Shown: piece after piece, positions 39,285-52,617 of the stretch | Numbering within the stretch: the stretch's first letter is position 1 | Layout of the letters: each line of letters starts with the position of its first letter | Assembly (NCBI GenBank): GCA_051294905.1 | Contig: CM119371.1 | Coordinates: 21,764,001 to 21,828,000, forward strand | Source of the DNA: Botryllus schlosseri | Taxonomy: Eukaryota | Direction: 5' to 3' | Length of the DNA: 64,000 nt | Position numbers and translations under genes: made by a program | The notes under the pieces: generated by a model | Told to the model about the DNA's origin: nothing | Seen by the model: only the letters and a program-made list of their open reading frames with translations | Database searches by the model: none

Positions 39285-40854
39285 CACTGGGCAACGATTT
39301 TGAACGAAAAATTTGTTGACTTTGCTTTTGCATATGATTTAGGCTAATTTAGGCGTGCTGATTACAAAAATGTCACTGGTTTTGTTCTATCACGTCCAGT
39401 TTTTGCTCTACAACATATGACCTAAACATCCCAATTTTACGAATTTAGCTATGTTTATTTTCTATACCATACAGAAATCCATACTTTTATCATATGATAA
39501 ATTATAAAGCCAATAGTCAATTGAATTAAATGAAAGATGGTACCGGTATCGATTTAAGCCGATGCTTCCGCCTATTTATGGTTTGCGGATACAATCATCC
39601 GAAGGATATTTCGGACACTTTTTTGATGCATACTGCAGGATATGACAAGAAAAATAAACATTTCATTTACTGTCAGCTATATGACCAATGCCAAATCCAG
39701 CTGTAATTACAAACTCCTCTACGCTGGGTAATTTGGATCAGGCTGAGGATCCTAGAGATAGCAGGCCTAATGATGAAGATTTTGAAATCGAAGACGATTC
39801 AGAATGTAGGATAGTCCATCGACACAAGTTAAATGATCTGACGTAGCCTTTGGGACATGGAATAGAATTATTCGGAATTTTTAACATCCTTACGAATTGA
39901 TAAAAAATTACTTGGCGAGATACAAAGATATCTCGCTTTCGATCACGAGAAACGGCGTTTTCATCGTAGGGCTACTTACGATAGCTTTGCTTATTGTCGT
40001 GATACTGGCCCTGGCATGATACTGTTACCATGGGTTGCAAGGGAAGTTATGAATCCCAATTTACAACTCAAGTGAATGACAAATGTCTACTGGTAGCTCA
40101 AAAAGGTACCTAAAATGTGCGATCTCCAACATGGCAACGTATTAGCTTCAGTAACAATTGCACACTCAATTAATCTGCGTGAATAACACAAAAACATTGA
40201 ATTGTTGCAATATCACAAGCACGATTGGCACGTAGCCTATGTGTCAGCTTTGAAATATTGTGTTTTCTTAGTGGTTAGACAATAAGGATGCACGTGTAAC
40301 CCTGATAGCCACTGTCATATATGAATGTCGAACAGCATACACTCAAAAAAGCTAAAATATCTAAATGATTTCCCGAGAAACCTTGGCATAGTCAGCGATG
40401 GTCAAGGAGAGAAGGTCCCGCAATATCTGAAGATTATGGGGGGAGGGGGGAAGATACCACAATAGATTGGAGCTTACATGTGTTAGCTGACTGTTGCTCG
40501 AGTATCAATCGAGACAGCCTGTAGAACTATGAGTGTTTAACGTGAATTTGAACCCGGAAACTCGCATTTGATTTGTCCTGAACAAGCATAATCTGTTCAA
40601 ATCAACCAAATAAAGCATGGAAAATGTCGATCGAAGTCGATCGATTTACTTTCGACTGCTTGTGCTTCTTGAAACATTTCAACTCAAAATAATAAAAGTA
40701 GTACATTTTTGTGGATTATGAGACAATGAGGTGGGTGCCTAACCCAAAAACGTGACGTGATAGAGAATAACGGAAGTGATTTATGAATTCGTCGCCTAGA
40801 AGTTAGTCATAACCATTTGTCTGATAATGGTCAACAAAATTGTGTTGACCAGTA
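39285..40854 (+). mobile_element. Chapaev3-like (CMC) DNA transposon relic with decayed transposase
   Basis: TTA|CACTGGGCAAC...GTTGACCAGT termini. Broken reading includes NDL, SSKRYLKC..HGNVLASVTIAHS and DFPRNLGIVSDGQGEK..LKIM..RY..LADCC, matching the FPENLGAVSDEQGERFHQD / MADYCW motifs. Confidence 0.75.
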
Positions 40855-41338
40855 TTGCTGTATAAAAGGATTGAATTACGGACAGGGAAACGTCCAGATG
40901 CTGTGTTTATACTCTAATGGGGGCTCAAGACTGCGTTTTTGCGAGAAGAAAATGACAATGTGCTCTTATCTCTTAAGGTCCTACTTAATATGCACCCTTG
41001 GTACCTCTTTTGAATATAAACGTGGAACGCACCACATGCGCTATACCACTGTCGTACCATGCAAGTCATTGGTGGAAGAGGTCCATAAAAGTATCATCGC
41101 ACGTATAGGCCATATGACGGGCTATGTGAAGTGAAAAATTGCGAAATGACACCAAAGCTACGTTTGTACTGCGATAAAGTAGTCCATATACATAACAGGT
41201 ATCAGTAATATTACTTCACAGACCGCGTCAAATTATTACAAAGGGATCATATTGACCACTGTCCTCGTACTGCAGTGGCTCTCAACCGCCAGTCCGTGAC
41301 AAGTTTCCTAACGGCCCGCCTGATATATTAGAATAGTA

Positions 41339-42608
41339 CAGGGGTTCTCAACCTGGGGGGCGCGCCCCCCTTGGGGGGCGCGGGAGGCTCTCAGGGGGGG
41401 CGCGAGAAATTGACGAAGTCAGTATAGGGGGGGCGCGAGAAATTGACAAAGTCAGTATAAATTGTACGTGTCTGAACATGTGTGTTCACATCCATTGTGA
41501 GAAGACGATTAATGAAGATGAAATTTATTCCATATTCAAGAAAGCTTGCAAAATACAAACTCTAGCAACAGCGCTCAACTGAGTATAGTCTGATTTCAAC
41601 TTATTCTGAGCAAATTTTTGAAATTCTTTGGAGATATAGAGAGCAATTCCCACTTGTAAGTCATTCATTGCTTCATAGCTTTGACAGTAGCCTAAAGCTT
41701 GTCGCGCTGGGCAGCTCTTGTTAGTAGCTTGCGAACTGCACTGCCTAAGACAGACTTAGATGCAACATAGGTTGGCCGGTTTCGCCCCCAATTAGGCTAT
41801 AAATCAACACAATTAATTTATTTCGAAAACTGATCAAATTTAGCCTGGCAGGACAGAACGACGCCTTGCTCTCGGTACTCACTACCAGCATCAGGATTAG
41901 TCTCAGGGTGACCTACATTGAAATTAATTAATGGATGTCTTGTTCCATGTTTTTTTGTTATTTTCAAACAAGTTTGAAGAAATTTGTCAGCAATATAAAA
42001 GACTCAACAACTGGAATGCAGATTCAAAATTGACGTAACATCTACCTTATGTATACTATTAGATCAGGGGTGGGCAGCCTGCAGCCGTAGAAGGGAATTT
42101 GAGCGGCCGTCGACGCCTAATTCAATTAGTATGTGTTGGCGGCCGTAGACATGCAAATTGCAATTACGAATTCACTCCCACATTTTCGAGAGATTTTAAT
42201 TAATCTTGAAATTTTCTTCGCCCTCCGCGCAATTCAACAAGACTTCATTTTTCAATTTTAATGCAGTAGCGCCCTTCTTAATCTGAGCCGGAATGGGAAG
42301 TGGCAAGAAATAGCAATTCGTTCGCGGCCCTGAAAAATGTTCGCGCTCCGCGCGACAATATGCTCCTCCCGGCAGCTATTCATAACATTGCCACTCAAGA
42401 TTTCGGTGCGTACAATAGGCCATTGTGAAAAGTAGAATAGTCCGGAGTTCACCGGGAATGGATATGGACAGTTTACCGTAGGAATTTTGCGTCCAGATCG
42501 TTCATTGCGGCGATTATCATGACGATAAATGCAAGGGGGGTGAGGGGGGCGCGAGTTTTTTGACCATCTCCAAGGGGGGCGCGTGTCAAAAAAGGTTGAG
42601 AACCACTG
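41339..42608 (+). mobile_element. hAT MITE; uninterrupted paralogue of the element hosting the P insertion
   Basis: TIR CAGGGGTTCTCAACC...GGTTGAGAACCACTG; perfect TSD GAATAGTA. ~41733-42608 aligns by eye with ~1171-1586 plus 5645-6207. Confidence 0.9.
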
Positions 42609-42725
42609 GAATAGTATATCTCAATTCCCAAATACAAGAAGTTGATCCCGTGTCCGTCCATAATAGAAATAGGACATCTAATTTTGATTTAGAATTTAAT
42701 GACGTATTTATCTGCGTGGTATGAC

Positions 42726-44169
42726 CAGGGCCGTAACTGCCGCACCCCAAACCCCCCAATTAGGGGGGGGGGGAGCTCGAAGGGGGCCCCGAATTCTTTC
42801 GTGAATTAGCATAAATTATATTGTATTTTTTTTGAAACTTTATGTAACCTTTTTCAAAAAATTTTCGCCCTGCGCACGATTTCAACTTACCAGATGTTAC
42901 GATTATTGGGTAGGCTAGTCTTTCCCCAAGGAAAAATAGGCAAGATTTATAGAAATGGGCATATCGGCGGTGGCCATTACCGCTCCACGACGCACCAAGA
43001 AATATAAAGTTTTAGGCCATGTAACACGCGACTCCAAGAAGTGTGCCAGAACGATCGGCAGCGAGAAACCTTGGCCGAAAGGGATCGCCTTTATGGTGAC
43101 CGAAAACATCGTTATATATACGAAATAATAGGTTTATTTGTCCATAGGCGCCTAACTGACTGACGCCGAATGTTCCTGTCTTGGTAATCTGAACATCACA
43201 AGACAAATACCATCCGCCAGGGAAAATTAGATGCCAGTGAAGAAATACCAATTTAAAATCGCGTGACCTTTTAGTTTAGTATTCTATATTTTTCGACATA
43301 GCAGACAGGAGGTCACGAAATAACATCATGTAACGAAGTTATACCAACGAGTCCGCTCGTCAGAAGATGTTCAATTATTATTTGCGGGTTCTACAGTTTC
43401 TGAGACACCTCACTCATCTCTGCCGGTAAATCCGATTACGTGAGTAGAGAGGATAAGAAATTGATAGCAATATATATGCAATTCCCGATCTTATTGGCCG
43501 ATTTTATTATGAATTATCAAAAATTGTCGCGCTTATCGCTGGCTAACTAAACAATACAACTGTAATTTCGTGGCAAAAGCGCACAACGTGACTGGGGGGT
43601 CGGGGGTCGGGTCTGTTTATCACCCTATGGGAGTCCAAGACTCAAGTTTTATTGGGGGGCCTGGCGAAGTGCTGTTTCGTTCCTGCCAACGTGTATACAC
43701 CCGGATATGTTCAATTCTTATTGAGGGGTCATACCATTTCAAGCACACTATACTCAGCTCTACCGGTAAAACAAATTGCGGGACCATAAAGAGGATAAAA
43801 ATTGTTAGCAATATATAAGCAATAATGATCATATTGACCGCTTCAGTCATGAATTATAGAAAATTCCCGCGCTTCGCCCGATTAAGCAAGCAAAGCTGAC
43901 TCCCTAAACGGACACCCATTGTATCAACAGCGTCATATTGACCGATTCAGTCATGAATTATACAAATTTCTCGCGCATGGCGCGATTAGACAAGCAAGGT
44001 AGATTCACTAAACGGTCACTCAACGAAGAAACAAGTTATAGGCAATGTAAACACATAAACAGCGTAAAGTCGGAGGGGTTCTTCCCCAGAAGTTCGGTTT
44101 ACAACCATATGGGCGGCCCAAGACCAACATTTTTTTGCGGGAGGCTGAAAAAGTGCTGTTACGGCCCTG
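42726..44169 (+). mobile_element. hAT MITE (CAGGGCCGTAAC family)
   Basis: TIR CAGGGCCGTAAC...GTTACGGCCCTG; TSD GGTATGAC/GGTATGAA; internal tandemly repeated module. Confidence 0.8.
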
Positions 44170-45114
44170 GGTATGAAATCGAGGGTTTATTGTCTATTTC
44201 GGGCGAACGTCTCAATGGTGCAAGTGCTAAAAGAGATTGTTTAAAAGTAACCTTCAACTCATATCAGAGCAGTTATATGCGAACGCTTCGAAAACTATTA
44301 AACAAACTTCGTTAAACTCCCACAGTAAAATTAAGTGTCACTTGACAGTATAATGAAGGCTCTAGTAACTCGCTAACTCGCATTTTTCCAAATATGCCGA
44401 ACAATCACAATCTGGTTAGTGGTCTTTATCAGGACTTCGCGAACTTCTACTTGCAGAAACTTCAATTGGGACACATTTCGATGTATAGTATCAAAAAGAC
44501 ACATAGTTCATTTATGTTGCATGAATTTGTCGTCATTAAAATGAGATTGAATTTTTGTTTTTGAAAGTTGTTGAGGTCGAAAAAGGTTAAGTACCACTGC
44601 TATATTCACAGCAGTCACAGCTTATTCTATAATCCTACTTCGAATTAAGTACTAAGCCACCTAGCACAAACTATCCTCTATATATATTGCTACAAGTGAA
44701 CCGCCACTGAAACACCATCTTTGAAGCAAAAATTCCGATGAATACAAAAATTTTCACGTGGAAAACGGTGGCAAATTGTTAATATGGCTGCATAACATGC
44801 ATATGATAATTCAGCCGTCTCATATGGACCAACCAAATGACCCGTACTGTCATCAATATGTTTGCGGATAAAGAAGTGACGATGTGACCTTAGGAAAGGT
44901 AAACTAGCTAAGACACATTTATTCAACTCGAGTCATCGAGTGATATGCTTTATTGTTTGATATCAAATATGTACAGAACGTGATATCATTACTAAGTATC
45001 TATTTCCACCGCTGGTCCAAACTTCACCACTGTCTAATTCTGAAACACCGTATGTAGAATTGATATTATTAGGTAGAGATAGAACTTGCTGTTTCAATTA
45101 AATAACATTACAGC

Positions 45115-46397
45115 CAGGGCTTTGGAGCCGGAGCCGGAGCCCGGAGCCGGAGCCCCAGAGCCGTGCATTTTCACCGGAGCTGGAGCCGGAGCCGGAGCTG
45201 GAGCCGGAGCCGGAGCTCTACATAAAATTCAGCCGGAGCCGGAGCCGGAGCTAGAGCCCGTTATTTGAGGAGTAGCTCCGGCTCCGACCTATTTCATAAG
45301 ATGCTATTATATATGCAACGATCACATCTGCTGATTTGTCATTATTGAACAGCAGGCCTGAATTTTAATGCTGAGCAAAGCAATGGCATAAGAGTAAACT
45401 GCGTTCTAGTGCAACTTTGATGTTGTCGACAATTGACAAGTATTAATTATGACGTCACATGGCGGCACCTATATGTCTTCGTTGCTACATCGGATGTTAC
45501 TGACGGCTGACAGACTCTAGATTACCATAGATAATTAACCTATGGGTAGATTAGTAATCTATATAGACCAGGAATGGCCAACCTTTTCGGCGAGTGCGCG
45601 GTCCACTAGCCGCGCCAAGCGGGTAAAATTTTCAAAGTTTATGAATAAACTAGGTCATAATATTATTACTTGAGTATTTCGGGTCTATTGTATACCGCCC
45701 GCTAGGCTCCGCTAGGCTCAGTTTGCAAGGACGCGGCTTTTCGACGTCTGGCCACATCGATATCGAAGGTCTCCGATAATATGCGACAATCATTTTGTGC
45801 TTACATTTCACCGTCGACGATCTTTATGCGAGCGCAAACGCGAAAAGACTCTCCCGTAATTGAGAATACAGTTAAACTCAATCGGGTAAATTAGGCGTTT
45901 TTTCATTTTCAGTAGGGGGCAGGCTACCAAGCAAGAAATCGTGTGACAATGAAACACGCGAAGCGTGGAGAAAAATCACGCTACTATTTTAGTTTATTGT
46001 AATGTACGACGATTTACTGAAAATGTGACTGCACCCTGGATCTGCCAATGCGTCGGAACTGATATCTTAGTCATCAACATCACAAGTGTCGCAGCCAGAA
46101 TTGTAATTTTTGGTTGGCATTGCAAGTTCACAATCCGATCAATTCATTTTCGATAACACAATAGGAAATTACCTCGCAGGCCACGCAAAACCCTCTCCCG
46201 GGCCACATTGGCTCGCGGAATGGCCACCCCTGATATATACAGACCCATTCGATAATTTCAGAGCCGGAGCCGGAGCTGGAGCCGGAGCAGTGGTAATAAT
46301 GCGGCTCCGGAGCCGGAGCCGGAGCTAGTGTATGATAGAAGAAAGCTCCGGAGCCGGAGCTGGAGCAGTTTAACTTTACGGCTGCTCCAAAGCCCTG
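45115..46397 (+). mobile_element. GGAGCC-array hAT MITE, second copy
   Basis: Same TIRs as 6957-10128; TSD ATTACAGC/ATTTCAGC; lacks the 7337-9197 insertion. Confidence 0.9.
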
Positions 46398-46479
46398 ATT
46401 TCAGCGAGCATGTGGATGTTGAGCCAATTGTACCAGTAGCTATGGTTTGTACAGCGGCAGTGGTAATGAATCGATATAT

Positions 46480-48012
46480 CAGTGGTTCTTAACCTTTTTT
46501 CTTCCAGCGCCCCCTTTCAAAAATTATCGTGCTCCAGCGCCCCCCCCCAACTTCATATTTTAAGGAATGTAATAAAGACAATGAGTAAGAGGGAGGGCCG
46601 TAACAGCACTTCGTTAACCCCCCTAAAAACGATTGCCTTGCGCACCCATAGCGTGATAAACCGAACTTCTAAGGGCTTCGCCCCCACGAACCCCATATCG
46701 TGATTTGATGGTCAGCAATGTTTGTGTGGCCTGGTCGCCCTAAGTACCAAACTTTTCCATAATGCATGAATGGATAGGTGATAATTACATATATAAGTCG
46801 CTATATAAACTTTTTATCCTCTCAGCCCACGTAATCAGATTTACCAGTAGCACTGAGTGAGCTGTTGTATAGGAAAATACAGGGCACGTAATTATTAATT
46901 AAACATATTCGGGCGTGCCCGCAGGTACAATTATTCGTTACCAGGGCCGTAACAGCCCCCCCCCAAACAAAAAACGTTGGTCCTGGGCCCACATTAGGTG
47001 AGAAACCAAACTTCCGGGGGACTTCACTCCCAGACCCCCACTAGGCTGTCCGCTATTTGCTGATAGCCTATTAGGTATCTACATTGCGTGTCCATTTACT
47101 GAACCAGCTATTCTCGCCTATTCGCGCGAAGTGCGAAAAATTTCACTAATTAATGATTGAATTGGTCAATATCATCGGGAATTGCATGTAAATTGAGATC
47201 AATTTTAATCCTCTCTCTGCTCACGTAAACACATTTACCGGTAGAGCTAAGTGAGGTGCAATGTTCCCTCCAAGCTGCGCACCCGCGCAGTGCTGACACG
47301 GTCTCTGCACACAGAAAATCTACGTTGCGCACAACAAATCCGGAGTTATTACCTTATTTTAGTCGTTACGCACTGTTGTCCAAGGGTCAGCGCAGTGAGT
47401 TGTTGAGTGTGCGCAGACTCATCAAAACTTAAAGCGAACATTGTGAGGTTTTTTGGAAACTGTAGGGCCCGTTACTAATAATTAAACATATTCGGGCGGG
47501 CGAACCCGTTGGTATGACTTCGTTGCAAGATGTTATTTCATGACCCCCTGTCTGCAATATCAAAAAATATAGAATCGCTCAACGGGGATATCGTCCAACA
47601 GGAATATACCTGTCGCCCAATCGTACTAAACTAAAAGACGCAAACGATTTCAGATTGATATTTCCTTACTGACATAGAATTTTTACCTGCCAGATGGAAT
47701 TCGTCTTCTGGGGTTCTGATTGCCAAGACAGGAACATTCGGTGTCAGTCATTTAGGCGTTCATGGACAATTAAACCTATATGTATTTTGAAGGCTATATG
47801 TAACGACGTTTTCGGTGTTAATTTGCTCTGAATACTCATTAAGGATATGTCCTATCACCACATCATCTACTGCGAAGCCATTTTTCTCCAGCGCCCCCCA
47901 TACCGCCCCCCTGAGCCCAGCGCCCCCCATATCGCCCCCTGAGCGTTTCCGCCCCCCTTCAAGTTCACCAGCGCCCCCTGGGGGGCGCTGGTGGCAAGGT
48001 TAAGAACCACTG
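46480..48012 (-). mobile_element. Young hAT MITE, copy B (right inversion breakpoint)
   Basis: Reverse complement of 29721-31258, giving identical ORF translations in the track. Flanks CGATATAT / GTTTATAT. Confidence 0.95.
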
Positions 48013-48703
48013 GTTTATATCGATCAAAAGGACAGTCTGGTAAACTTTGGCAAGGCTATGTTTCCCTCTCCAAATTGGTAAAACATTGAAGACCAAGCTA
48101 ATCCGTGCACTGTTACACACCGAGTTGACCGTAGTAGTGTGCGTTGCTACGCAGTAGATGTAAATTTCTACTCGATGACAAGTATATAGAAGTCGCAATG
48201 TCAAATCTATGCCAAAACTGCTTCAAATAAAAATTAACATATGAATGGAACTCAGAGAAGTAGCTTAAAAAGAAGTAGTCTGGTTGATGGGTCACGTGCT
48301 TACTCTTAGCAGAAAATCTGAGGGGGCCACTTCAAAATATGCTCAATAAAGCAAGCCTGTTCCTAGTCAAGTCTGTCGTATTCATAGCATAGGACTAGAG
48401 CAATCTCATATTTTAACCTGTGTTATAATATCAATAAGATTTACTGGCACCAATTTATGGGAATCGACAGCTTTCATCAAATGTCCATTGCTCACCTCAG
48501 ATATCTTTGCTCCAACCCTTTGCCACCAATTTTGTCCAAGAATTGCTTGCTTGTTTGTATGTTACACTTGTTTTCTCATGAGGAGAAATCGATAATTGCA
48601 TTCTTCAGGAGCCGCAAGATTTGTGATATTAGGCCAAGTCTGAAGTAGAATAGAGAATATGTTTACCCGCCTAACATTACATATAATAACAGGGTGATAG
48701 GCC

Positions 48704-51010
48704 CACTGGCGTAGCCAGCGAGGGTCGAAAGGGGCGATCGCCCCCCCCCCCCAAATTATTGGAAAATTTTTCGTAAAATCAATAAATATGACATTATTTT
48801 AGGGCAGATGAATGCAACCTAAAAAATCTCTTCGCGCTTTGCGCGATTTAGTGTCCATGATCATAACTGTCTGGATTTTATTATCGGTGTCCCGAAAAAA
48901 ATCTTCCGCAAATACCCATAATTGATTTTAGCTGCATTCTTAGTTACGAGAATACAACAGTACCAGTAGATAGACGAGAGTAACTCAAGGTCGTTGGGTT
49001 GATTGAGTTTAGGGTTGTCAGTTCAGTATGGGGATTGGGGACTGTTAGCTCCGACAATTCCTGTTACGGGACACACGAAGACATATAAAGTAGGTTACAT
49101 GCGACTCCGCAAAGTGCGCTCCCAAATTGATTGACGGCCTTAAAACCGACGCTTGTATTCGATATAGATTTTCGGGTACTTAAATGGCTGGCGCCTAATG
49201 ATCCTTTCCCTGCAATCAGACTTCTCCGACATGAATGCGACTGGCACAGGAAAATATCGCCATCTCCCTTTAAAAAGTGCTAATTTGAAATCGCACGAGT
49301 CTGATCAAAAGAGTTTTTTTTAATTTGGTCTGGTATATATATCAGCAATTCCAATCTCTTAACTAGCATCAATCTTTACCAGAGGTCATTAAATAACCGT
49401 GCTTCAACGAAGTAATTATTTGGAATGGAATCCACTTGCTCATATACACGCACCAATATTATTAATCAAATACTTTCATTTATTCAAAAACATGTACGCT
49501 CCGCGCGACTAGGTCCGAAATGCACACGGCTTTTCAACTGGAAGCTTCCATAGGGTATGTGTGTGCGTGCGTCTAAGAAGCGTCTGAATAAAGGGTAGTG
49601 ATGAAATTGCCCATGGCAGGATGTACGGTTCTGCGAGGTGTTCCCACGGGAGAGCTTCCCTAAACTCATAAAAATCCCCCCCCCCCCGCCCGCAAAAAAA
49701 TGTAATTCTGGCTACGACCTTGTGTGTGAGCGATCTCTTGAGAGGTGACAGCTTTCTCCGCAAGTCATGAAGTAATAGCAATAAATGACAACTGTCCCGT
49801 CCAGCGTCCACCCTATACAATCTTTAAATCAGTGGTTCTCAACCTTTTTGTCGTCGCGGACCCTCTTTGCACCTTCACGTACCCCGGCGGACCTCCAGTT
49901 CTTATTTCAAATTTGCCTCTATCATCATGCAACCTTCATCTGCCTTGTGCAATTATTATCTGTAGACTAGTGATAAACAACAGCGAAATGACCTTTCTTG
50001 AAAATAACATCGACTTTTTATTATTTTAATGCGAATTCTGTAGCTGCATTTCTTGAAATTCAGGGCTATGTCTTGAAAATCCACGTCGTCGATTTGATAT
50101 GAACGAGTGCCGAGAATCCATTTCCACAGAGATAGGTGGTGGCGAATGTAATAATAACACGTAACGCGTCCGACGACACATTTGGCTATGATGGCAACAC
50201 ACATGGATCAATATGTCCTCCAGCCTATTAGTCATTTCTATCTAGCAGCTTATCGTGAAGTTATTCTGGAATAGCGGTCGGTGTATTTCATAGGAGAAAA
50301 TGGATCTCTGCATACAATTATTTCCAAAACCCCAGCAAAACATCCCTAAACAGCAATGTGTTCGTATAAGTAGGCTATTGGCAATTTAAATGACTTTGCA
50401 CGGTGAAATATTTCATCTCAGACGGCCATTCTCTGTTTATGTGAGTCCTGAACTTTCAGCAGTTATGAAGCGAGAGTGCTTCATCATCTCTCTAATTGAA
50501 AACAAACCAAAAATAGTTTATTATTATTAGGTTATCAACCATTTTGCAAATTTGGAGTTTCGTGGATCTCTTAAAAAGGCTTTGCGGACCACCGGTTGAG
50601 AACCACTGCTCTAAATAGTCTTGCCGTGTGTTATGAACATAGTACATAGTTCAAGTGTACTAGCCCTGAATGTTCGATGACACCACTTCTATCAGCTTTG
50701 TCGGTAAATCTGATAATGAAAACGTATTTGCAATATGCAAGTAAGAATATAATGAACAATTTTCATTCTTTAACCAAAAATTTTTCGCGCTTCGCGTGAA
50801 AGTGTTGACGTCAGAGTTTTCTACAATCACACATCACTTTATATGAGCGGAATATATGCATAAAGATCGCCTCAGATGTTGTGTTAGTCATCCAATAAGG
50901 GCCCAAGACCATCGTTTTAGCCCATTTTTCCTTATCTTAAGGTGGGAGGGGCTCATTTACGTCATCGAATTTTTCGCCCCCCCCAAATATTTTTTCTGGC
51001 TACGCCCTTG
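48704..51010 (+). mobile_element. hAT non-autonomous element with a nested MITE (49830-50608)
   Basis: CACTGGCGTAGCCAG...CTGGCTACGCCCTTG; perfect TSD GATAGGCC. Inner element CAGTGGTTCTCAACC...GGTTGAGAACCACTG with TSD CTTTAAAT/CTCTAAAT. Confidence 0.85.
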
Positions 51011-52032
51011 GATAGGCCTATAACATAACTCACCATAGTCAGTGGTAGCCTTTACACTTACACAGATCGGAGTCTGCTTTGGTAATTATACTACATATAT
51101 AACGACAATTGAATCGATTTTTTTCTTTCAATGCACTTACAATCACTGTTGATCAAATCCAAATTCATTTATAATCACAGTCACGGCTGATGCTGTACCT
51201 GTAATATATCCGTTGTAGCCATCAAACTACTGCGTCTTGTGTATTGGTATCGGTACTGGTGGTCCAGCAATGTATGTGAATTCATAGTACGGTCACTACA
51301 GGCAGGGGGGTGAGCTCGAAGGGAGCCCAAAATTATTTGGCAAATTAACATCTATTTACAAAATAAATATATGTTTAATTGTCCATGGACGCCTAAATGA
51401 CTGGCGCCGAATGTTATTGTCTTGAAAATCTGAACATTACAAGACAAATACCATCCTGCAGGGAAAATTATATGCCTGTTAAGAAATACCAATTTGAAAT
51501 CGCGTGCGTTTTCTAGTTTAGTAGGATACGTTTGGCCGATTCTTTATGTTATGATATAGCAGACAGGAGGCCACGAAATAACATGATGTTACGGAGTCAT
51601 ACCAACGGGCCCTACAGTTTCCAAGACACCTCACTCAGCTCTACCGGTACTTCTGATTACGTCAACAGAGAGGACAGGAAATTGATAGCAATATAATTAT
51701 ATGCAATTGCCGATCTTATTGATTGATTTTATCATGAATTATCGGAAATTTTCGCGCATTACGCGCTTGCTCACAAAACAGTACGTCTAATTTCGTGGCA
51801 AAAGTGAACAACGTGATTGGGGTTGGACTTATCACCCTATGTGAGCCCAAGATCCAATTTTTTCGGGAGGGAGGCTGACGAAGTGTTATTTTGTTCCTGT
51901 CAACGGATATAGGCCCGAAGATGTTTAATTATTATTGAGGGGTCCTACCTTTTCAAAAACACCTCACTCAGCTCTACCTGTAAATCTGATTAGGTGAGCA
52001 GAGAGGGGATGGAAATTGATAGCAATATATAT

Positions 52033-52617
52033 CAGGGTTGTAATGACTCGAGCCATGACACGACTCGAGTTCGACTCGAGTCACGATTTTCTGATAACTC
52101 GACTTGACTCGAGTCATTTTTTTAAACTACGAAAATGACTCGACTCGACTCGAGTCAATCTGTGTATTGACTCGACTTGGACTCGAGTCATTGCGCATGA
52201 CTCGAACCAAGTCATTGACTCGAGACTCTGACGGCCAAGACCGACATTTCATTGTAATTCCGAAGCCAACACACCATTGGGATTTCGTCTGTTGGTACTG
52301 TTACATAAAAATGCGACCAGAAGCTGCTAAGAATTAGGGAAATTGTTATATTATAAATGCGAACCATTCGATATCATCGAACAGAGTTATAAAAAGTGGG
52401 TTTACCAAGACTTCAACTGGAAACCTATCAGTCAACACAATGACTTGGACTCGGACTCGAGTCATAATACCATGACTCGGACTCGAACCTCTGCTCGCTG
52501 ACTTGGACTCGGACTTGACTCGGTGGTGAATTGAAATGACTCGACTTGACTCGAGTCAAAACTATAAAATTGAGATTGACTTGTGACTCGGAGCCTTGTG
52601 ACTTGGTTACAACCCTG
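52033..52617 (+). mobile_element. (GACTC/GAGTC)-rich hAT MITE, full length
   Basis: TIR CAGGGTTGTAA...TTACAACCCTG; TSD ATATATAT; splits a repeat module that resumes at 52618. Confidence 0.9.

Noticed and set aside
41273..44599. Outer hAT element enclosing the 41339 and 42726 insertions
   Set aside because: TIR-like ends exist, but the 8-bp flanks (TCGTACTG / CTATATTC) do not match, so boundaries were not called.
45086..45268. ORFs with PEPEP/GAGAGA low-complexity peptides (also 46110-46328 and near 6960 and 10000)
   Set aside because: They are translations of the GGAGCC subterminal arrays of a MITE.
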